Assembly (NCBI GenBank): GCA_049973735.1
Contig: JBMFJL010000023.1
Location: 1-8,447, forward strand
DNA from: Nanopusillaceae archaeon
Lineage (GTDB): Archaea; Nanobdellota; Nanobdellia; Nanobdellales; Nanobdellaceae
DNA: 8,447 nucleotides
Direction: 5' to 3'
A program made the position numbers and the translations under genes. Positions 1 to 6,153 of the stretch are shown one piece after another (positions within the stretch are counted from its first letter, which is position 1; each line of letters begins with the position of its first letter). The notes under the pieces were generated by a model. It was not told the origin of the DNA, ran no database searches, and saw only the letters and a program-made list of their open reading frames with translations.

Positions 1-444
1 AATACAGACATACCATTGCCTACGGAATATAAGAGAGAACTTTTAGAAGAAAAGAAAAAACAAATTATCGAATATATTAGAAGAGTTGCAATGGATGCTA
101 AAACAAAAATGCCTTTAACATATGAAAGAGCAAAAGAGCTACTTGAAATGAGTAAATACAATGTAAATTTGAATGATCCTATAGAAAAACAAGCAATGGA
201 GGCTATAGAAAAGATAAGAAAATTTTATCCATTAAAAATAGAATATAAAAATATTAGAATAATAGTACCACCAGAAAAATATAAAATAATAGGAATTATA
301 AAAAATAAGTATAAGGTTATTAAAGAAGACTGGAGTGAAAATTATGTTGCTATTGTAGAAGTACCAATTGGTTTATTGTCAGAATTTTATTCAGATATTG
401 GAAAACTATGCGGAGATTTATGTACAATTGAAGAATTAAAATAA
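1..444 (+). CDS. SBDS/Sdo1-family ribosome-maturation protein, C-terminal portion (5' end outside the window)
   Basis: Frame 1 is open from nt 1 (NTDIPL precedes the TTG that the track uses as a start), so the gene is cut by the window edge. The translation is collinear by eye with domains II-III of archaeal SBDS proteins (EEKKKQIIEYIRR..., PLKIEYKNIRIIVPPE, VAIVEVPIGLLSEF). Stop TAA at 442-444. Confidence 0.8.
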   Translation, partial: NTDIPLPTEYKRELLEEKKKQIIEYIRRVAMDAKTKMPLTYERAKELLEMSKYNVNLNDPIEKQAMEAIEKIRKFYPLKIEYKNIRIIVPPEKYKIIGIIKNKYKVIKEDWSENYVAIVEVPIGLLSEFYSDIGKLCGDLCTIEELK

Positions 445-445
445 A

Positions 446-1084
446 TTATTTTTTCTCTTGTTTTTGGGATGAACCTCCAGATTCTTTAGAATCAGAATCA
501 CCAGATCCCATTAATATTATACCAGTTCCAATTAAGATAAAGAAAATAACTAGAAATAAAATATATGGATTAAAAGTTTGATAATAAAAGTAGGAGAGAG
601 GATTTGTCCCTAGAGATAATGATATAAAATAATCCTGATAAGCATAGAATAATGATAACAATGCAAAGACTACTAGAAATATAAATATTATTAAGGGTAA
701 ATATTTTGCAGCATCTTTTGATGTATCCTTTAATTGAGATGATGAAAATTCAAATACTTTGCCACCAGTAAATATATTTGCTATTAATAAGAAAAAGAAG
801 AATATTAATACAGTGGTAATTACAAATGAAAGAAAATATTGTGTAAATAATAATAATCCAGAAAAAGTAGATAAAAAGAATCCTATCGATACACCTAATA
901 TCAATGATATAGCATGTATTAAATTTTTAACATCTTTATCTTTATCTCCTCTACTCGATACATAAGATTCTAATAAGAATCTAATTGTTACATAAGATAT
1001 TGCAAAATAAAATAAAAATAAAAATATCAGACCAATACCTAAATTATTCATTATTGTAATTATTACATTAGCGAAAGATCCCAT
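446..1084 (-). CDS. Integral membrane protein of unknown function (about 5 TM helices, Ser/Gly/Asp/Lys-rich C-terminal tail)
   Basis: A 212-codon ORF is very unlikely by chance in AT-rich DNA, where stop codons are frequent. It has five long hydrophobic segments (e.g. LGIGLIFLFLFYFAISYV, LIHAISLILGVSIGFFLSTF, FVITTVLIFFFFLLIANIF, LPLIIFIFLVVFALLSLFY, YILFLVIFFILIGTGIILMG) and a tail GSGDSDSKESGGSSQKQEKK. I recognise no family motif. It lies 26 nt downstream of the GT3 synthase on the same strand. Confidence 0.75.
   Translation of the reverse strand: MGSFANVIITIMNNLGIGLIFLFLFYFAISYVTIRFLLESYVSSRGDKDKDVKNLIHAISLILGVSIGFFLSTFSGLLLFTQYFLSFVITTVLIFFFFLLIANIFTGGKVFEFSSSQLKDTSKDAAKYLPLIIFIFLVVFALLSLFYAYQDYFISLSLGTNPLSYFYYQTFNPYILFLVIFFILIGTGIILMGSGDSDSKESGGSSQKQEKK
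449..465 (+). terminator. Oligo-T tracts (T6 at 449-454, T5 at 461-465) just after the SBDS stop; candidate archaeal intrinsic terminator
   Basis: Archaeal RNA polymerase terminates at runs of at least 5 T. These tracts begin 5 nt after the TAA and lie inside the opposing gene's lysine-rich C-terminal codons. Confidence 0.4.
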
Positions 1085-1110
1085 ATTATATTTAAATACT
1101 TCTTAATACT

Positions 1111-2739
1111 TTAAATATTTTCATATATATTGAAATATTCTACTACATTATCTTTCCATGAAAACTTTTTGGCTATTTCAAACATCTGCTTTTTAATTTC
1201 TAACCTTTTATACATGTCAAAAGAATAATACTCTTTTATTTTATTAAGAACATTTTCTAAATCTTTTTCAAAATTAAATGGATCTACAGGTATTATAAAA
1301 TCACTTTTTATACCTTTATTTATTAAATTTCTATAAAATCCAGTTTTATTTGATATTATTATTGGAACAAAGTTGTAGAGAGCTTCTAGAGAGGTATATC
1401 CATATGGTTCGTATCTGGATAAAAATACTCCAAAATCAAATACTGGCAATAAATATTCCAGTTCTATATTAAATATTATATCGTTTCCAACATAAACAGG
1501 GGCATATATTATTTTTACATAATTTTTCTCATCATTAATCAAATTATATGATGTAATTTTTCTAATTATAAAATTTTCAGTTGTTATATGGGTAGCAATT
1601 GGTGGATTCTTATGTTTTATTCTATCTCTATTATCTAATATCCTTCTACCAGTGTATAAAGATCTTATTATGTTATAGTCATTTTCATATATGAACTTCT
1701 TTGTGTTTATATAATCTTTGTACAATCTTACAACATCTGGATCTATTCCCTTTGTTTCGTATGGAACAAATATAAATGCTACAGTATTTATTTTATTTTC
1801 TTCTAAATATTTTAAAAGATCAATAAATAAATCTATCCCTTTATTGTATGGTTCATATCTACCTATTGTATATAATAATAAATAATTGTCTGGCAAATCA
1901 TAATATGGATAAAAATACCATGTCAAAAATTCCTCTATCCATCTTTTTCCAATATTATAGTAATAAATTAATTCTTTTTCTTTTACATCAATATAGTTAT
2001 ATGTTACATAATCTGGTTTTCTTCCAAATATTTTAATTGCTTCTTCAGATAAATTATCCGAAACAGTTGTAAACACATCTGTATGTATTATTGTTGCTTT
2101 TTCTAATTGATGTTTGAAATGTATTCCTAACCTATAGGAGTCCTGATCCGGATTTATTTTATCCAAATATTCATATACATTAACATTTTTTTCCGATATA
2201 CTTCTACCAATTACAGTACCATGAATTGTAAATACAGTTTTATAATTCAATCCTTTCTTTTTTACATATAAAACTGTACCGCCAGATAACCATTCGTGCG
2301 CATGCAAAATTTTCTTTTCATTGAAAAAATAATTATCCAATTTTTCTAATAATAATCCTACAGATACTGACCATAACAGAGGTTCGTCAAATGTAAAATC
2401 TGAAAATAGAGAATCTATTTTAAACCATTCCCAGTATTTATACTTCCAATAATCCCTCTCCTTTTTGAAGAATTCATTATAATCAACTAGCAAAACTTGG
2501 GGTTTTCCTTCTATATTCCAATATCCATAATATATTTTTATTGGATCTAAATCTCTATTTATTTCTTTTATATATTCTGGGGCTTCTGTTTGAATAAAAT
2601 CAGAATTATTTTTATATGGCCCAATTAAAAAATAGTTATTACCATATTTTTCTACATAATATTTTGCCTTTGTTGATATTACAGTATATATTCCCCCTAC
2701 TTTATTACAAACTTCCCAGGATTGCTCGAATATTTTCAT
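1111..2739 (-). CDS. Glycogen synthase, eukaryote-type (CAZy GT3-like), compact 542-aa form
   Basis: The GT3 signature blocks appear in the same order as in animal and fungal glycogen synthases: IFEQSWEVCNKVGGIYTVISTKAKYY (N-terminus), HAHEWLSGG, FTIHGTVIGR, HQLEKATIIHTDVFTTVSDNLSEEA, GRYEPYNKGIDLFIDLL and FLSRYEPYGYTSLEALYNFVPIIISNKTGF. The ATG at 2739 overlaps the upstream stop (ATGA). Confidence 0.9.
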   Translation of the reverse strand: MKIFEQSWEVCNKVGGIYTVISTKAKYYVEKYGNNYFLIGPYKNNSDFIQTEAPEYIKEINRDLDPIKIYYGYWNIEGKPQVLLVDYNEFFKKERDYWKYKYWEWFKIDSLFSDFTFDEPLLWSVSVGLLLEKLDNYFFNEKKILHAHEWLSGGTVLYVKKKGLNYKTVFTIHGTVIGRSISEKNVNVYEYLDKINPDQDSYRLGIHFKHQLEKATIIHTDVFTTVSDNLSEEAIKIFGRKPDYVTYNYIDVKEKELIYYYNIGKRWIEEFLTWYFYPYYDLPDNYLLLYTIGRYEPYNKGIDLFIDLLKYLEENKINTVAFIFVPYETKGIDPDVVRLYKDYINTKKFIYENDYNIIRSLYTGRRILDNRDRIKHKNPPIATHITTENFIIRKITSYNLINDEKNYVKIIYAPVYVGNDIIFNIELEYLLPVFDFGVFLSRYEPYGYTSLEALYNFVPIIISNKTGFYRNLINKGIKSDFIIPVDPFNFEKDLENVLNKIKEYYSFDMYKRLEIKKQMFEIAKKFSWKDNVVEYFNIYENI

Positions 2740-3401
2740 CTAAATATTATATCTAATATATTTCTCTTCCTCTTTTTTCCAACTAATAAATATGCCAACT
2801 CATCTATATATTTTAATGCCTTCGATCTTTCTCTATAATATATTATTGGAGCATACTGATATTGGTATTCATTAAAATCTTTTATTATTGGAATTGTTGT
2901 GTATAATTCTTTTTCAAATACATCCTCAACAAAATCTATGTCTAAACTTCTATCATATTTGTTTAATATTATCTTAACCTTATTTTTATTTAAAAAACCG
3001 TATATTTTTTTGTTTACGTATAATGAATACAAATCAGGATTGATCACTAAGAATATTATATCAGATACATTATGGACTTTAATTATTAAATTTGGATCTG
3101 GAAATACATCAAATATTATATAATTGTAGTATTTACTTAGAATAGATAAATCATTTTCAAATCCTTCATAAAGACCATTTGTTATTTTCAAATGAAAGAA
3201 TGGTAATATCTTTATATCTTGCCATAATCTAGTATTTGATATTAATTTATCTTTTATATACATTAAATTTGGTGAATACATTCCATTTGTATCTATTAAT
3301 AATACTTTATAATCATAAAGTTTCTTTATATAAGCTGCTAAATTTATTGCTAAAGTAGTTTTTCCTACTCCTCCTTTCATAGATATGAATGAAACTATCA
3401 T
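2736..3401 (-). CDS. ParA/MinD-family (SIMIBI) P-loop ATPase with deviant Walker A
   Basis: Deviant Walker A with signature lysine SMKGGVGKTT (nt 3354-3380), Walker A' VLLIDTN and Walker B YIIFDVFP. Length is 221 aa, with no HTH domain and no CxxC motif. The C-terminus is a basic-hydrophobic tail, GKKRKRNILDIIFR. ATGA overlaps are present at both ends (3398-3401 and 2736-2739). Confidence 0.9.
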   Translation of the reverse strand: MIVSFISMKGGVGKTTLAINLAAYIKKLYDYKVLLIDTNGMYSPNLMYIKDKLISNTRLWQDIKILPFFHLKITNGLYEGFENDLSILSKYYNYIIFDVFPDPNLIIKVHNVSDIIFLVINPDLYSLYVNKKIYGFLNKNKVKIILNKYDRSLDIDFVEDVFEKELYTTIPIIKDFNEYQYQYAPIIYYRERSKALKYIDELAYLLVGKKRKRNILDIIFR

Positions 3402-3718
3402 AGTTCAAAATTTTTTATAAATTCTATTTCAGCCTCTTCCCTCCTATATTTTCTTTTGTTATATTTTTCGTAATTTTTCAAATATTCTTCCAAAATTTTT
3501 ATTACTTCTTCTTTATTTTTTGCTTCTTCAATTCTTTTAGCTAATCTTTCTTCTTTTAAAGATTCTCTTATCCAATTTGAAAAATGCTTTCCAGCAAAAT
3601 GATAATAGAAATCATCCTTACTAGAATTATATATCCATAAGAGTAAATCCTGCAAACCATATAACTTTTGTCCGTCGACAGTGATAAAAGCTTCTTTTTC
3701 ATTTGATACAACTATCAT
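3398..3718 (-). CDS. Small (106 aa) hypothetical protein: compact N-terminal domain plus highly charged helical C-terminal half; first gene of the operon
   Basis: The ORF sits directly after a TATA-like element, and its stop overlaps the ParA-like start (ATGA). The N-terminal part is FITVDGQKLYGLQDLLLWIYNSSKDDFYYHFAGKHFSNWIRESLKEERLAKRI, followed by the K/E/R-rich EEAKNKEEVIKILEEYLKNYEKYNKRKYRREEAEIEF. I cannot assign a family with confidence. Confidence 0.7.
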   Translation of the reverse strand: MIVVSNEKEAFITVDGQKLYGLQDLLLWIYNSSKDDFYYHFAGKHFSNWIRESLKEERLAKRIEEAKNKEEVIKILEEYLKNYEKYNKRKYRREEAEIEFIKNFEL

Positions 3719-3743
3719 AATAACTTTATATAGTTAGTTATTA
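3718..3743. repeat. Perfect 8-bp inverted repeat TAATAACT-N10-AGTTATTA bracketing the GH57 TATA box (candidate operator)
   Basis: The sequence at 3718-3725 (taataact) is the exact reverse complement of 3736-3743 (agttatta). The 10-nt spacer contains most of the TTTATATA box. Confidence 0.35.
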
Positions 3744-3754
3744 AAAAATATTTT
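3719..3754. promoter_or_regulatory. 36-nt divergent promoter region with two crossed TATA-like boxes (leaderless transcripts implied)
   Basis: TTTATATA at 3725-3732 is centred about 26.5 nt upstream of the plus-strand ATG at 3755. TTTTTTAA, read on the minus strand at 3748-3741, is centred about 26.5 nt upstream of the minus-strand ATG at 3718. This spacing matches the canonical archaeal TATA-to-TSS distance if transcription starts at or next to the ATG. Confidence 0.55.
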
Positions 3755-4933
3755 ATGGTAAATTTGGTCTTTTACTTCCATGCACATCAACCTAGAAGGA
3801 TAAGATACTATTCCTTCTTTGATATAGGATCAAAAAATTATTTCAACGATGAATTAAATAAAAGAATTCTTGATAGAGTAGTAATGAAATCTTATAAACC
3901 GGCATTAGAAATGTTTTACGATGCAATTACAAAATATGACTTGAAATTTTCTTTTTCAATATCCGGAACATTAATAGAACAATTAGAGCAATATCATCCT
4001 GAGATAATAGATCTTTGGAGAGAATTAATAAATACGGGAAATGTTGAAATTGTTTCTGAAACTTATTATCATTCTGTGGCATATTTAATAGATAAAGAAG
4101 AATTTATAGAACAAATAAAGTTACATAGAAAGAAAATAAAAGAAGTCTTTGGATATAAAACTAGATCTTTCAGAAATTTTGAATTGGTATTTAATAATGA
4201 TATTGGAAAAATAGTATATTCTTTGGGATTTGTATGTGCATTAACTGAAGGAACAGAAAAGATTCTTGGATGGAGGAGCCCAAATTATTTGTATAAACTT
4301 AAACATAACAACCTTAGATTATTATTAAGAAATTATAAACTTTCAGATGATATAGCATTTAGATTTACAAATAGAGAATGGTCTGAATATCCATTAACAG
4401 CAGATAAATATTATCTATGGTTAAAAAATACTCCTGGAGATGTCATAAATATATTTATGGATTTTGAAACCATTGGAGAACATATATGGAAGGAATCTGG
4501 AATATTTGAATTCTGGAAAAAATTATTAGAATATATTGGTAAAGAAAAATATTTCAATACAATGACTGTATCCGAAGCGGCTGAGAATCTAGAAGTAAAA
4601 GGAGAACTTGATATTAAAGAATTAATTTCCTGGGCAGATATTGAAACAGATCTATCAGCATGGTTGGGTGATAGCATACAAAGGGAAGCTTTAAATTATT
4701 TAAAAGAATTGTATAAGAAGAACAAAAATAATAAAGAAATATTAAACATACTAAGATATCTTTCTACTTCGGACAACTTCTATTATATGAGTTTAAAATA
4801 TAATGCAGATGGAGATGTACATAAATACTTTAGAGAAGAGGCATTTGCATCTCCATACGATTCCTTTATATCTTACATGAATATATTAAGAGATATAGAG
4901 TTATCTTACCAAACTATTGAAAATTTGAATTAA
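3755..4933 (+). CDS. Glycoside hydrolase family 57 enzyme, alpha-amylase-like subgroup
   Basis: The five GH57 conserved regions are recognisable in order: FHAHQPRR (nt 3779-3793 encode HAHQP), GNVEIVSETYYHS, FRNFELVF (candidate nucleophile Glu), FMDFETIGEH (candidate acid/base Asp) and STSDNFYYMS. At 392 aa it is shorter than GH57 branching enzymes. Confidence 0.85.
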   Translation: MVNLVFYFHAHQPRRIRYYSFFDIGSKNYFNDELNKRILDRVVMKSYKPALEMFYDAITKYDLKFSFSISGTLIEQLEQYHPEIIDLWRELINTGNVEIVSETYYHSVAYLIDKEEFIEQIKLHRKKIKEVFGYKTRSFRNFELVFNNDIGKIVYSLGFVCALTEGTEKILGWRSPNYLYKLKHNNLRLLLRNYKLSDDIAFRFTNREWSEYPLTADKYYLWLKNTPGDVINIFMDFETIGEHIWKESGIFEFWKKLLEYIGKEKYFNTMTVSEAAENLEVKGELDIKELISWADIETDLSAWLGDSIQREALNYLKELYKKNKNNKEILNILRYLSTSDNFYYMSLKYNADGDVHKYFREEAFASPYDSFISYMNILRDIELSYQTIENLN

Positions 4934-6100
4934 TTTTTCTACAGAATTTTTCCAAGATAAATTCTTTATATCTTCCAAAGTTAATTTTATCTCTATTTCT
5001 CCCAATTTTGGATATTCTAGTAAAGCTAGTATATAATTCGCCATTTTATCAACATCCCAAAAATCCACTTTCAATGCACTTTTTAATACTTCAGAAACAC
5101 CACTTTGTTTTGATATTATAATATAATTTTTATATCTCAATGCTTCAAATGGCGTTAAACCAAATGGTTCAGATACTGAAGGTAAAACAAATATATCAGA
5201 AATTGAATATAAATATTCTGCTAATTCATCATCAACCCAACCAGTAAAAACAACATTCTTAGATATATTAAGATCTGCAGCCATTTTTATTAATTTCTCT
5301 AACATTTCACCAGTTCCAGCAAAAATGAACAGTATATCTTTTCTTTTTTCCAATATTTTTTTTGCAGCTAATAATAAATAATCTGGTCCCTTATGCAATG
5401 TCATTCTTCCTAGATATAAAACTATCTTATATTTTTCATTTATTTTTGTTCTTATTTTTTCTTTTATACTAAAGTCGTCATCTGGTGCATTATAAATTAC
5501 CTCAATTTTTTCTCCAGGAACATAATAGTATTTTTCTAATATTTCTTTTTCCCTTTTACTTACTACAATTATCTTATCTGCCAACATAGAACCTTCTAGT
5601 TCAATTCCATAATCATAATCAATTAAGTATTTTAAGTATTCTGGATTTGCGCCAACCCTATCATATGCTAATGAATGAAAATGCACTACCAATGGTTTCT
5701 TATATATTTTCTTAATTTCCATCGCTGCTGGTAAAGTTAACCAATCATATGCATAAATAATATCAAAATCCAAGTTTAACTTCTTCAATAGGTCTATAAC
5801 CTTTTCTTTATACTCCATAACTGCTTTTTTATAGTCTATGATATTTCTCTTATATAAAGTAAGAGATTCGTACTTAAAATAATCTATATAACTCTTTAAT
5901 ATATTCATATTTAATCCAAAGATCATTGAATTTCCTATTTTTCCTTTCCAAAATTCTATAACATCCTTTGTCAAGTTCGGAATTATCAAATAAACTACAT
6001 TTCCAAATTTAGTAAGATATTTAAAATAATAATATGTGGCTTTCTCAAGTCCACCAGTTTTTTGAGGAAGTATCCCCCAAGATAAAAATAATATTTTCAT
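4901..6100 (-). CDS. glgA: Archaeal-type glycogen synthase / GT-B glycosyltransferase (GT5/GT4-like, GlgA-like)
   Basis: MKILFLSWGILPQKTGGLEKA carries the KTGGL nucleotide-sugar motif (nt 6047-6061). Other blocks are YAYDWLTLPAAMEIKKIYKKPLVVHFHSL, GRMTLHKGPDYLL and the E-x7-E block PSVSEPFGLTPFEALRY. These are collinear by eye with Pyrococcus-type glycogen synthase. I prefer the start at 6100 (MKILFLS) over the track's 6139; see the findings. Confidence 0.8.
   Translation of the reverse strand: MKILFLSWGILPQKTGGLEKATYYYFKYLTKFGNVVYLIIPNLTKDVIEFWKGKIGNSMIFGLNMNILKSYIDYFKYESLTLYKRNIIDYKKAVMEYKEKVIDLLKKLNLDFDIIYAYDWLTLPAAMEIKKIYKKPLVVHFHSLAYDRVGANPEYLKYLIDYDYGIELEGSMLADKIIVVSKREKEILEKYYYVPGEKIEVIYNAPDDDFSIKEKIRTKINEKYKIVLYLGRMTLHKGPDYLLLAAKKILEKRKDILFIFAGTGEMLEKLIKMAADLNISKNVVFTGWVDDELAEYLYSISDIFVLPSVSEPFGLTPFEALRYKNYIIISKQSGVSEVLKSALKVDFWDVDKMANYILALLEYPKLGEIEIKLTLEDIKNLSWKNSVEKLIQIFNSLVR
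4934..4951 (+). terminator. Oligo-T tracts (T5 at 4934-4938, T5 at 4947-4951) immediately after the GH57 stop; candidate terminator
   Basis: T-runs begin directly after the TAA at 4931-4933, inside the convergent glycosyltransferase coding sequence. Confidence 0.4.
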
Positions 6101-6153
6101 AAAGGTAATAATTTTTAAAATAGTTATAAAACTTTTCATAGAAAAATAACATT
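6101..6153. promoter_or_regulatory. Bidirectional promoter: one palindromic TATA core (TTATAA, 6124-6129) midway between divergent start codons
   Basis: The TTATAA centre (6126.5) is 26.5 nt from the minus-strand ATG at 6100 and 27.5 nt from the plus-strand ATG at 6154. Purine-rich BRE-like sequence flanks it on each side (GAAAAG on the minus strand at 6137-6132; AAAATAG on the plus strand at 6117-6123). Confidence 0.6.

Noticed and set aside
759-965. 68-aa plus-strand ORF inside the membrane-protein gene
   Set aside because: It lies wholly antisense to a much longer ORF with a coherent multi-TM hydrophobicity pattern. Its N/K-rich low-complexity translation looks like a shadow ORF.
1848-2036. 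62-aa plus-strand ORF antisense to the GT3 synthase
   Set aside because: The opposite strand encodes strongly conserved GT3 motifs. This ORF has no start context, no motif and a shadow-frame composition.
2899-3123. 74-aa plus-strand ORF antisense to the ParA-like gene
   Set aside because: It is a shadow ORF opposite a well-supported P-loop ATPase and has no independent signal.
2736-3401. Interpreting the ParA-like gene as a chromosome or plasmid partition ParA
   Set aside because: There is no adjacent ParB, CopG or HTH centromere-binding gene, no N-terminal HTH extension, and no replication or mobile-element genes nearby. Its tight coupling is to a glycogen synthase instead. Without functional data this reading cannot be strictly excluded.
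4411-4677. 88-aa minus-strand ORF antisense to the GH57 gene
   Set aside because: It is a shadow ORF. The plus strand carries GH57 conserved region IV (FMDFETIGEH) across this interval.
3755-4933. GH57 gene as the missing glycogen branching enzyme
   Set aside because: At 392 aa it is well short of characterised GH57 branching enzymes as I recall them (more than 500 aa). Its region III-V motifs (FRNFEL, DFETIGEH, SDNFYYM) look like the amylase-like subgroup. Assignment from motifs alone is uncertain, so this is a soft rejection.
6101-6139. Track start codon at 6139 giving a 13-residue N-terminal extension (MKSFITILKIITF) on the GT5-like synthase
   Set aside because: GT-B synthases of this type begin at the MK(I/V)L(F/L)... 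strand. The 6139 start would leave a 14-nt intergenic gap with no room for either promoter. The 6100 start places a TATA core at canonical spacing from both genes. The 6139 start is not formally excluded.
3719-6150. Shared hexamer AATAAC/GTTATT in both divergent promoter regions (3719-3724, 3737-3742 reverse complement, 6145-6150, and 5/6 at 6123-6128) as a common regulator motif
   Set aside because: It is an AT-rich hexamer expected many times in 8 kb of this composition, and it also occurs in coding sequence (e.g. 545-550). The selection was post hoc, and the spacing and orientation differ between the two regions. That is not enough evidence for a regulon motif.
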